A DNA stretch of 64,000 nucleotides. Source: Candidatus Parcubacteria bacterium (GTDB lineage Bacteria; Patescibacteriota; Minisyncoccia; UBA6257; HR35). Location of the stretch: NCBI GenBank assembly GCA_026004495.1, contig BPJG01000001.1, positions 70,470 to 134,469 of the forward strand. The letters run 5' to 3'. This document shows, one piece after another, positions 1-8,231 of the stretch. The notes beneath the pieces are model-generated. The model saw nothing but the letters and a program-made list of their open reading frames with translations, made no database searches and was not told the DNA's origin. Position 1 is the first letter of the stretch. Each line of letters begins with the position of its first letter. Position numbers and translations under genes: made by a program.

Positions 1-1
1 G

Positions 2-235
2 CTTCAAGGCTTAGCAGATGAAAGAAATGAATCAGTCAAAAAATTAATTAGTGAAGTAATTAGAAAATGTAAAGAAAAAGGAAAATATGTAGGAATTTGC
101 GGACAAGCACCAAGTGATTTTCCAGAAATTGTTGAATTATTGGTCAAAGAAGGAATTGAAAGTCTAAGTGTTAATAGCGATGTAGTGGTTAAAACGATTG
201 AAATGGTTAAAAAATTTGAAGATGAAAATAAATGA
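2..235 (+). CDS. 3' end of a PEP-utilizing enzyme (PEP synthase / pyruvate phosphate dikinase C-terminal domain), partial at the window edge
   Basis: Frame 2 translates to ...KGKYVGICGQAPSDFPEIVELLVKEGIESLSVNSDVV..., matching the conserved C-terminal PEP-binding domain (GICGQAPSD). It ends at TGA 233-235. Confidence 0.55.
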   Translation, partial: LQGLADERNESVKKLISEVIRKCKEKGKYVGICGQAPSDFPEIVELLVKEGIESLSVNSDVVVKTIEMVKKFEDENK

Positions 236-1502
236 TATAAAAGTAAATAAAATTTTAGACTCAAGAGGAGAATGGACAATTGATATTGAAATTGAAAGTG
301 AAGGAATAAAAGAAAAAGCCTCAATCCCTTCTGGAAAAAGTATTGGCTCTCATGAAGTTGTTTGTTTAGATTGTGAAAAAATTAAAAAGAACTTAGATGA
401 ATTGTTGAAAGATATAAAAAATAATGATTTTCAAAATCTAAAAGAATTAGATGAATTTTTAATTAAAAGAGCAGGGAAGAATAAAGAAAAATTAGGAGGT
501 AACTTTACTTTAGGAATTTCAATTAGTTTTGCTCGCGTTTTGGCTAAAAGCAAAAATTTGGAGTTGTTTGAATATTTAAAGAACGAATATGCTCTAATAA
601 TAGAAGATGAATTTAGACAAATACCAAGATTAATTTTAAATATTATTGGTGGTGGAGTACATTCTTTTAATAATTTAGATTTTCAGGAATATTGGTTGGT
701 GACGCAGAACTACGCTGAACTGACGCAGAACTACGCAGACAATAATAAAACGCAAACCAATGCGAACTATAAGCTAAATAACGCTAAATTTCAGGTGAAC
801 TTATCCGAAGGAGAAAATTATTATGAAACGCAAAGCGATAAGAACTTAATGCGACTCAAAGCAAATAAATATGAATTTCTTATTTTTTTAATCATAGAAA
901 TCATAAATATTATTAATCAACTTGAAAATAAACTACCTAAACCATTAGGAAGAAATGATGAAGGAGCATTTTGTACAAACTTTAGTGATGATTATGAACC
1001 ATTTTTATATTTAAAAGAAGTTAATAATTTTGAACTTGGAGCTGATATTGCCGCTAATCAAATAACAAAGGTAGTTAATTGGGAAAATGTTTATCGCAAA
1101 CTAAAAATTTTGGGTGTTAAATATTTAGAAGATCCTTATAGAGAAAATGAATTTGAAAAATTTGCTGAACTTCGAAAAGAAGGATTTAAAGTAATTGGCG
1201 ATGATTTAACAGTGACCAATATTGAAAGATTAAAAATTGCCTTAGATAAAAATTCTGTTGATGGTGTAATTGTTAAACCTAATCAAATTGGCACCATAAC
1301 TGAAGCATTTAATTTTGTTAAATTAGCCAAAACAAATAATTTATTTACAATTTTTTCTCATCGAAGTGGAGAAACTAATGATAATTGGATAATTGATTTA
1401 GGAATTGCTTTTGGAGCAGATTATTTTAAAATTGGTGTTCCTTTACAAGGCGAAAGAGTGGCAAAATATAATAGACTTTTAGAGATTTATGGTAAAATTT
1501 AA
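198..1502 (+). CDS. eno: Enolase (phosphopyruvate hydratase) carrying an in-frame repeat insertion around 700-790
   Basis: N-terminus INDIKVNKILDSRGEWTIDIEI...SIPSGKSIG. C-terminus SHRSGETND...GERVAKYNRLLEI. Internal NDEGAF matches enolase. The likely true start is ATG 222, which overlaps the upstream stop. Confidence 0.88.
   Translation: MKWLKNLKMKINDIKVNKILDSRGEWTIDIEIESEGIKEKASIPSGKSIGSHEVVCLDCEKIKKNLDELLKDIKNNDFQNLKELDEFLIKRAGKNKEKLGGNFTLGISISFARVLAKSKNLELFEYLKNEYALIIEDEFRQIPRLILNIIGGGVHSFNNLDFQEYWLVTQNYAELTQNYADNNKTQTNANYKLNNAKFQVNLSEGENYYETQSDKNLMRLKANKYEFLIFLIIEIINIINQLENKLPKPLGRNDEGAFCTNFSDDYEPFLYLKEVNNFELGADIAANQITKVVNWENVYRKLKILGVKYLEDPYRENEFEKFAELRKEGFKVIGDDLTVTNIERLKIALDKNSVDGVIVKPNQIGTITEAFNFVKLAKTNNLFTIFSHRSGETNDNWIIDLGIAFGADYFKIGVPLQGERVAKYNRLLEIYGKI
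700..790 (+). repeat. GC-rich dispersed repeat copy, in-frame inside eno (encodes TQNYAELTQNYADNNKTQTNANYKLNNAK)
   Basis: ACGCAGA-type motif repeated. The core 731-764 (CTACGCAGACAATAATAAAACGCAAACCAATGCG) matches copies at 1976-2010 and 2551-2585. Local GC is much higher than the surroundings. Confidence 0.7.
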
Positions 1503-1552
1503 TGATTTATATTAAAATTTAATTAAGGTCGAATTAAAAAAAATTTTAAAAA

Positions 1553-1951
1553 ATGACTTCAGATTATATTCTTTTACTTTCAAGAGTGATTTTAGGTCTT
1601 TATTTTTTATTTAGTGGTTTTGCTCATTTTAAAAATTTAAATATGATGTCGCAGTATGCTCAAAGTAAAAATGTGCCAGCTCCTAAATTGGCTGTTATTG
1701 TTACAGGTCTTTTACTTTTAGTTGGTGGTCTTTCAATTTTACTTGGTGCTTATATTCAAGTCGGGGTTTTAGCTTTAACAATTTTCTTTTTACCTGTTAG
1801 TTTTATGATGCATAATTTTTGGACTGTTCAAGATCCACAAATGAAGATGATGGAAATGATTAATTTTATGAAAAATATGGCTATCTGGGCAGGAGTTTTA
1901 GCTTTACTTTTTATCCCTCAGCCTTGGCCATTCAGTCTTAGTTTGTTCTAA
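1553..1951 (+). CDS. DoxX family membrane protein
   Basis: 132 aa with 4 TM helices. LGLYFLFSGFAHF and the overall pattern are typical of DoxX. Confidence 0.65.
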   Translation: MTSDYILLLSRVILGLYFLFSGFAHFKNLNMMSQYAQSKNVPAPKLAVIVTGLLLLVGGLSILLGAYIQVGVLALTIFFLPVSFMMHNFWTVQDPQMKMMEMINFMKNMAIWAGVLALLFIPQPWPFSLSLF

Positions 1952-1960
1952 TTTACGGTT

Positions 1961-2062
1961 ATAGACTAACGCAGACAATATTAAAACGCAAACTAATGCA
2001 AGCTGATGCGGCTAATGAAGGTATTCGCAACGGTTCGCGTGAAAGTTCGCATAGGTTCGCGA
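1961..2062. repeat. Intergenic copy of the GC-rich dispersed repeat (CTAACGCAGACAATATTAAAACGCAAACTAATGCA), followed by a GTTCGCG x3 tract
   Basis: Sequence identity of the core to copies at 731-764 and 2551-2585. Three GGTTCGCG repeats at 2032-2062. Confidence 0.7.
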
Positions 2063-2072
2063 CAAATAAAAA

Positions 2073-3941
2073 ATGAAGATATTAATTTTAGGTGGAGGAT
2101 TTGGAGGTACTTATACTTTAAAACATTTGCATAAGTTTTTTCATAATAAGAAGAAAGTAAAATTGGTATTGGTAAATAAAAAGAATTATTTTATTTTTAC
2201 GCCTTTGCTTCATGAAGTCGCTACTGGTGGAGTTTCAATCGATAATGCTTTAGAACCTATAAGAGAAATTATTAAATGTTGCGATTTTGATTTTATCCAT
2301 GGAGAAGTTGAAAAAATTGATTTAGAAAATAAAGTTGTTTATATAAATAAAGAAAGAGAAAATTATAATGTTGATTACGATTATTTAGTTATTGCTTTAG
2401 GTTCAAAAACAAATTATTATAATATTACAGGCGCTAAAGAATTTACCTTTTCTTTAAAAACAGTTGATGATGCCATAAGGCTGAAAAATAGATTTGTTCA
2501 TATGTTTGAATTAGCGAGTGTAGCGCAGACCTGCGCAGACTACACGCAGACTAACGCAGACAATATTAAGACGCAGACTGATGCGAACTACACGCAGGCT
2601 GATGCAGGCAATAATGTAGTGCAGACTAATGCAGAAAACAACGAGAATTTTCTTTATGAAGATTTAAGCTATAAAATTATAGGAATAGCTTATAAAATTA
2701 AAAAGAATTTAGGATTGGGACATAAAGAAAAAGTTTATACGAATTCCCTTGAACTTGAACTTAAAAAAGAAAATATCATTTATAAAAGAGAGGAAAAAAT
2801 CAGCGTGGTATATGATGGAAAAATAGTAGGAAACTATATACCAGATTTTGTAATAGAGGATAAAATTATTGTGGAATTAAAAACACTCCCCTTAATAGAT
2901 GAGAAGACAAAAAAGCAAATCTGGAATTATTTAAAGGGAACTAAATATAGACTTGCAATTTTGATTAATTTTGGCAAGAAAGATGTGGAAATATCTAGGA
3001 TAATTTATGATAAAGCAAGAAATTCTAATAGTCAGCAAGAGTCTGCGTCCAGTCAGAAGGTTGATAATAATGAAAGTCTGCAAAAGTCCGCGTCCAGTCT
3101 GCAAAAGTCTGAGTCTAATAAATATTTAACTTTTGTCATTGTCGGAGGTGGAGCAACTGGAGTTGAACTTGCTGGTGAAATGAGTGATTTGTTTTATAAA
3201 ACATTTAGTAAATTATATTCATCAGATTTAATTTCACAAGTTAAAATAATTCTAATCGAAAAAGGCAAAGAATTAATTCCTCAATTTTCTCCAAAATTAA
3301 GACAAAAAGCACTTGAAAGGTTAAAAAAATTAAAAGTTGATATTAGATTGGAAAGAGGAGTAATTGAAGTTGGTGAAGATTTTATTAAACTTGATGATGG
3401 TAATGTTATCGAAACAAAAACAGTTATTTGGGCAGCAGGAGTTGAAACTAATTTACCAGAAATTATTGGCAAGGTTGAAAAGGATAATAAAGGAAGATTA
3501 GTTGTAAATGAATATCTACAAGTAAAAAAGAAAATAGATATGTTAAGTCAGCAAGAATCTGCGTTAAGTCAGCAAGAGTCTGCGTACGATAATGTTTTTG
3601 CCATTGGTGATGTTTGTTGTTTTATTCAAGACCAAAAGCCTTTGCCACAATTAGCTCAAGTTGCAGTTAGACAAGTAAAAACAGTTTCTTTAAATATTAA
3701 AAATTCGATTGAAAATAAGACTTTACAAAAATTTGCTTACAAACATACTGGTGATTTAATTTCAGTTGGTAGATTTTATGCCCTAGGAGAAATTAAAGGA
3801 GTTGAATTTTCAGGTTTAATTAGTTGGTTTATTTGGAAAGGAGTTTATTTAAGCAAAATTATTTCTTTTCGAGATCAAATCAAAACATTTATTGATTGGC
3901 TTTTGAATTTATTTTTACCCAGAGATATTACTGAATTATAA
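2073..3941 (+). CDS. ndh: Type II NADH:quinone oxidoreductase (NDH-2). It is interrupted in-frame by a ~200-aa insertion (2519-3122) and a 14-aa repeat insertion (3542-3587)
   Basis: N-terminus MKILILGGGFGGTY...FTPLLHEVATGG. Second Rossmann motif LTFVIVGGGATGVELAGE. AIGDV near the C-terminus. At 622 aa it is about 200 aa longer than a typical ~420-aa NDH-2. Confidence 0.8.
   Translation: MKILILGGGFGGTYTLKHLHKFFHNKKKVKLVLVNKKNYFIFTPLLHEVATGGVSIDNALEPIREIIKCCDFDFIHGEVEKIDLENKVVYINKERENYNVDYDYLVIALGSKTNYYNITGAKEFTFSLKTVDDAIRLKNRFVHMFELASVAQTCADYTQTNADNIKTQTDANYTQADAGNNVVQTNAENNENFLYEDLSYKIIGIAYKIKKNLGLGHKEKVYTNSLELELKKENIIYKREEKISVVYDGKIVGNYIPDFVIEDKIIVELKTLPLIDEKTKKQIWNYLKGTKYRLAILINFGKKDVEISRIIYDKARNSNSQQESASSQKVDNNESLQKSASSLQKSESNKYLTFVIVGGGATGVELAGEMSDLFYKTFSKLYSSDLISQVKIILIEKGKELIPQFSPKLRQKALERLKKLKVDIRLERGVIEVGEDFIKLDDGNVIETKTVIWAAGVETNLPEIIGKVEKDNKGRLVVNEYLQVKKKIDMLSQQESALSQQESAYDNVFAIGDVCCFIQDQKPLPQLAQVAVRQVKTVSLNIKNSIENKTLQKFAYKHTGDLISVGRFYALGEIKGVEFSGLISWFIWKGVYLSKIISFRDQIKTFIDWLLNLFLPRDITEL
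2519..3122 (+). mobile_element. In-frame insertion module: left ACGCAGAC-type repeats (2519-2645), a GxxExxY / PD-(D/E)XK-like domain (about 2649-3020), then right inverted GTCTGCGT-type repeats (3031-3116)
   Basis: The domain sequence FLYEDLSYKIIGIAYKIKKNLGLGHKEKVYTNSLELELKK...IPDFVIEDKIIVELKTL...KQIWNYLKGTKYRLAILINFG matches the GxxExxY family. The flanks are reverse complements of each other (ACGCAGAC versus GTCTGCGT). The host NDH-2 resumes exactly in frame. Confidence 0.5.
3542..3587 (+). repeat. Tandem 21/22-bp repeat (GTTAAGTCAGCAAGARTCTGCG x2) inserted in-frame in ndh, encoding LSQQESALSQQESA
   Basis: Direct tandem duplication. It contains the TCTGCG(T) motif shared with the 3031-3116 repeats. 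Confidence 0.65.
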
Positions 3942-3949
3942 TTAAATTA

Positions 3950-5386
3950 ATGGAGCCTCTTTATCTATTTAACACCCTAAGTCGAAAAAAAGAAAAATTT
4001 AAACCTTTGAAAGATAAGATAGTAACGATGTATAATTGTGGACCGACTGTTTATGAAAGACCACATATTGGTAATTTAAGAGCCTATATTTTTGCTGATA
4101 CCCTAAGAAGAACGCTTGAATACAATAGCTATAAGGTCAAACAGATTATAAATATTACTGATGTTGGGCATTTAACTTCTGATGCTGATACTGGTGAAGA
4201 TAAAATTGAAAAAACTGCTCGAAAAAAAAGAAAAACTGCCTGGGAAATCTCTCACTATTTTGAAAAACTTTTTAAGGAAGATATTAAAAAATTAAATATT
4301 AAAAATCCTTTTAAGTTTCCTCGAGCAACTCAACATATAAAAGAAATAATTGAGCTTATAAAGATTCTAGAAAAAAAAGGCTATACTTACAAAATTTCTG
4401 ATGGTATCTATTTTGATACTTCTAAATTTAAAAATTATGGTGAATTAGCTGGCTTAAAGAAAAAAAAATTCATTGCCGGTGCTAGGGTTGAAATAAATCC
4501 TGAAAAAATAAATCCAACTGATTTTGCTTTGTGGAAATTCTCGCCTAAAGATATTAAAAGACAAATGGAATGGAAAAGTCCGTGGGGTATCGGTTTTCCT
4601 GGTTGGCATATTGAATGTTCAGCAATGTCAATGAAATATTTAGGTAAAACAATTGATATTCATACTGGGGGTATAGATCATATTAATATTCATCATACAA
4701 ATGAAATTGCTCAATCAGAAGCAGCAACTGGTAAAAAATTTGTTAACTATTGGCTTCATGTAAATTTTTTAAAAGTTGAAGGAGAAAAAATGTCAAAAAG
4801 TTTAGGAAATATTGTTACCCTAGAAGATATTGAGAAAAAAGGTTTTCAACCGCTTGCTTTCAAATATTTAGTTTTAACCTCCCATTATCGTTCAGAAATG
4901 AATTTCACTTGGCAAGCAATGGAATCAGCTCAAAAAGCATATAATTTAATTTTAGAAACAATCTCCAGTTTTAATCTTTCTATTAATTTGTATAAATCAC
5001 TATCTATCAACAGACAACTTTCAATTCTACATAGCTCTGCATCTAGGGAAATATTAAATATTATTAATGATGATCTTGATACTCCTCGATTAATTGCTAA
5101 ATTATGGGAAGTTTTAAGACTAAATGAAAATTTAAAATTTAAAAAAATTTTTGTTTTAAAAGCTGATAAAATTTTAGGATTGGGATTCAAAGAATTTTTA
5201 GTAAAACAAAAGTTACCAGCCAAAATTAAAAATAAAGTATTATTGAGAGAAAAGCTGAGAAAAGAAGGGAAATGGCAAGAAGCTGATAAGATTAGAGAAA
5301 AAATATTAAAAGCTGGTTATAAAATTGAAGATACTAAACAAGGCCCAATTATTAAAAAAGTCGTTATTAAAAAATTAATAAAATAA
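3950..5386 (+). CDS. cysS: Cysteinyl-tRNA synthetase
   Basis: YNCGPTVYERPHIGNLRAYIFADTLRR (HIGH region) and KMSKSLGN (KMSKS). Confidence 0.9.
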   Translation: MEPLYLFNTLSRKKEKFKPLKDKIVTMYNCGPTVYERPHIGNLRAYIFADTLRRTLEYNSYKVKQIINITDVGHLTSDADTGEDKIEKTARKKRKTAWEISHYFEKLFKEDIKKLNIKNPFKFPRATQHIKEIIELIKILEKKGYTYKISDGIYFDTSKFKNYGELAGLKKKKFIAGARVEINPEKINPTDFALWKFSPKDIKRQMEWKSPWGIGFPGWHIECSAMSMKYLGKTIDIHTGGIDHINIHHTNEIAQSEAATGKKFVNYWLHVNFLKVEGEKMSKSLGNIVTLEDIEKKGFQPLAFKYLVLTSHYRSEMNFTWQAMESAQKAYNLILETISSFNLSINLYKSLSINRQLSILHSSASREILNIINDDLDTPRLIAKLWEVLRLNENLKFKKIFVLKADKILGLGFKEFLVKQKLPAKIKNKVLLREKLRKEGKWQEADKIREKILKAGYKIEDTKQGPIIKKVVIKKLIK

Positions 5387-5387
5387 A

Positions 5388-5912
5388 ATGAATAAAAATT
5401 TACAAATAACTTTGGGACTTTTGCGTCTTTCATTGGGCTGGATATTTTTTTGGTCATTTTTAGATAAACTTTTTGGTTTAGGTTTTTCTACTTGCAGAAA
5501 TAGAGAAATAAATATAGTAGATTATTTTTGCCGAGATGCATGGATAAATGGTGGCTCACCAACTTTTGGCTTTTTAAAATTTGCAGTAAAGGGACCTTTT
5601 GCTGAAATTTTTAGATCAATGGCAGGTAACCCAGTTGTTGATTGGCTATTTATGTTAGGACTTTTAGGAGTTGGCTTAGGATTAATGTTAGGAATTTTTA
5701 TTAAACTTTCAACATTCTTTGGCGGATTAATGCTTGTTTTAATATATATTGCTGGCTTTATTTTGCCGGAACATAATCCATTTTTAGATGAACATTTAGT
5801 TTATACAATTTTAATGGGCTTGCTTTATCTTTCAGATTCAGGTAATTATTTAGGCTTAGGTAATTGGTGGCAAAATACAAAATTAGTTCAAAAATATAAA
5901 ATTTTAAAATAA
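5388..5912 (+). CDS. DoxX-like membrane protein (hypothetical)
   Basis: 174 aa with multiple TM helices and a LGWIFFWSFLDK motif. Confidence 0.45.
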   Translation: MNKNLQITLGLLRLSLGWIFFWSFLDKLFGLGFSTCRNREINIVDYFCRDAWINGGSPTFGFLKFAVKGPFAEIFRSMAGNPVVDWLFMLGLLGVGLGLMLGIFIKLSTFFGGLMLVLIYIAGFILPEHNPFLDEHLVYTILMGLLYLSDSGNYLGLGNWWQNTKLVQKYKILK

Positions 5913-5931
5913 ATTTTATTACCTTATTTTT

Positions 5932-6510
5932 CTAATATTTTATATGAGGGAAATTTTCAATCCTGCCTAATATTCTAACTTTTAATTTTTTAACGCCCCA
6001 TTTTATAGCTTCATCTACGTTATCAAAATAAACATCAATCTTGTTTCCTTTAACTGCACTGCCAGTATCTAATGCTATGGCATAACCATAATCTGGAATT
6101 TCTAAAACAGTTCCTAATGGAATAATCTCAGGATCGACTGCAACAGTACCCTTTAATGCAGGTAACCCAGAATAAGTAATACCATAATCTTTTCTACCAG
6201 GCATCTTACCCGTAGACTCAGGCCCAGAGGTATAAGCAGTCGCTACTACTTCTAAGGTTTTTAAATATTCAATATTTTTTTGTGAATTTTCTATTATTTC
6301 TTCTAGATCTTTTTTAACTTTCTCATACATTAATTGTTTTTCTTTTAATTCTTTTTCTTTTTCTTCAATTTCTTGCCTAAGATTAGATATTTCTTTGTTA
6401 TCTTTTATAGTTTTTAAACCAAATAAAACAGCTAAAGTCATAAAAAAAGATTTCTTTAAAAAGTCTCTTCTAGAAATTTTTTTATCAAAAAATTTAGGAG
6501 TCTTTTCCAT
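5932..6510 (-). CDS. 3D-domain (MltA-like) cell-wall binding protein with an N-terminal membrane anchor and a coiled coil
   Basis: C-terminus ATAYTSGPESTGKMPG...GTVAVDP.IIPLGT...ALDTGSAVKGNKIDVYF matches the 3D domain. Confidence 0.7.
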   Translation of the reverse strand: MEKTPKFFDKKISRRDFLKKSFFMTLAVLFGLKTIKDNKEISNLRQEIEEKEKELKEKQLMYEKVKKDLEEIIENSQKNIEYLKTLEVVATAYTSGPESTGKMPGRKDYGITYSGLPALKGTVAVDPEIIPLGTVLEIPDYGYAIALDTGSAVKGNKIDVYFDNVDEAIKWGVKKLKVRILGRIENFPHIKY

Positions 6511-6552
6511 TTTTATATAAAATTATAATTATATCAAAAAAAATTATAAATT

Positions 6553-7227
6553 ATGTCAAAGCTTAAAAAAAAGATTTTTCAAATTATTAAAAAAATTCCA
6601 TCTGGTCAATTTTTGACATATAAACAAGTTGCGATATTAGCTCATAATGAAAAAGCTTTTAGAGCGGTTGGCAATATTTTAAAATATAAGGCTAAATTAG
6701 GGAAACAATTTATAAATATTCCTTGTCATCGAGTAATTAAAGGTGATTATACTGTTGGTGGATACTTGGGTAGAAAAGATTTAAATTGGTTAAAAGCAGC
6801 TTTACTTTTAAGAGAAGGAGCAATCGGAGTTATTCCAACTGATACAATTTATGGCATTTGTACATCTGCTTTTAATAAAAAGTCTGTTGAAAAAATTTAT
6901 AAATTAAGAAAAAGAAATCCTAAAAAGCCTTGTATAATTTTGATTTCTAACTTAAACGATTTAAAGCTTTTTAAGGTTCAGCTTGAAAATTGGCAAAAAT
7001 ATATTTTAAAGAAAATTTGGCCAAGTAGAATAAGCGTCATTTTGTCTTGTAAATCGAAGAAATTTTCTTATCTTCATCGCGGAACAGAAACTTTAGCCCT
7101 TAGATTACCCAAAGATAAATTTATACTAAAAATTTTAAAAATTTCAGGACCATTAATTGCTCCATCAGCAAATTGGGAAGGGCATGAATCAGCAAAAACA
7201 ATAAATAAAGCAAAAAAAATATTTTAA
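6553..7227 (+). CDS. Fusion protein: MGMT-like DNA-binding domain (PCHRV motif) plus a YrdC/TsaC threonylcarbamoyl-AMP synthase domain. The C-terminus is frameshifted, and the tail continues in the +1 frame to TAG 7370-7372
   Basis: NIPCHRVIKGDYTVGGY (Ogt C-terminal signature) and GVIPTDTIYGIC...KKPCIILISN (YrdC). Downstream, the +1 frame encodes NHVFYLDRGKLISDPSNLIDLTHKEIKIIRKGADNDKLDKFL, which is the canonical YrdC C-terminus. An A8 run lies at 7212-7219. Confidence 0.7.
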   Translation: MSKLKKKIFQIIKKIPSGQFLTYKQVAILAHNEKAFRAVGNILKYKAKLGKQFINIPCHRVIKGDYTVGGYLGRKDLNWLKAALLLREGAIGVIPTDTIYGICTSAFNKKSVEKIYKLRKRNPKKPCIILISNLNDLKLFKVQLENWQKYILKKIWPSRISVILSCKSKKFSYLHRGTETLALRLPKDKFILKILKISGPLIAPSANWEGHESAKTINKAKKIF

Positions 7228-8044
7228 TAACCATGTATTTTATTTAGATAGAGGAAAACTAATTAGTGACCCCTCAAATTTAATCGATTTAACTCACAAA
7301 GAAATAAAAATCATAAGAAAGGGAGCTGATAATGATAAATTAGATAAATTTTTAAATTATAAATTAGTATAGACAGAATAACCCTGGGTATCATTTCTAC
7401 ATAGACATACCTTAAAGTTTATATCAATCTGTGATATATATTTTTTAGGTTTTTTGTTTTTAAATCTTGGAATTATTTTAATTAAAAAAGTTAAAATATA
7501 AAAATTCATAATTTCATTAGATTATTAAAATTATATCTATCAACATTATTAGGTGATTTATTAGAAACGTAATATTTTAATAAACTTAGTAACTAAAATT
7601 ATAATAGTAAGCTGTTGGAAGCAGATTATAAAAATTTATTTTAATAAAGATAAAATGTTTTTTTATGTACTATTTATAATATGTATATAAAGAAAGTCAA
7701 AGATAATTTTAATCCCTCAAGTTTGAGAAAATAGAAATTAGCCCTTAATAAAAGCATAGAAAAAATAAAACCAGAACATAGATCTTTTTGACTATATTAG
7801 AACATTTAAAAATTACATCATTAAAAGTATAATTATCTTATAAAATTAACCTTTCTTTAGTAATTATTTGATAGTCTTAAAGCTTCTATTGTATTAGTTT
7901 TATATTTTTTTACTTTTTTTAATATAAGAAATATTAAAATATCATTAAAAAAGGGGAATTCATAAAAATGAAACCAAAAGATAAAAGTTAAAATAAAATC
8001 AGAATTTTAGTTCAATGAAAATTTATAATAAAAAAAATTAATTT

Positions 8045-8182
8045 TTAAGATTCATCATTATTATCCTTATCTTTATCACATTTACAACATTCTGGACATT
8101 TATTGCATAAATCACATATATCTTTTTGTAATTTATAACATACCTTACAGAAATTAGATCTCTTTAATTTTTCTTCTTCCAT
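8045..8182 (-). CDS. Possible small Cys-rich (multi-CxxC) protein, 45 aa
   Basis: Manual translation of the minus strand gives MEEEKLKRSNFCKVCYKLQKDICDLCNKCPECCKCDKDKDNNDES. It was not in the ORF track because it is too short. Confidence 0.25.
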   Translation of the reverse strand: MEEEKLKRSNFCKVCYKLQKDICDLCNKCPECCKCDKDKDNNDES

Positions 8183-8231
8183 TAAATTATTTAAATATTA
8201 TAAAGAATTAATTATCGACCTAAAAATTTAT

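Noticed and set aside
2519-3122. Intein in ndh
   Set aside because: There is no N-terminal Cys/Ser/Thr nucleophile, no C-terminal HN plus Cys/Ser/Thr, and no Hint or LAGLIDADG blocks. The insert is instead a GxxExxY domain with repeat flanks.
3281-5223. Antisense ORFs 3281-3472 (-) and 4930-5223 (-) from the ORF track
   Set aside because: They lie entirely inside ndh and cysS on the opposite strand, are low-complexity, and have no motifs.
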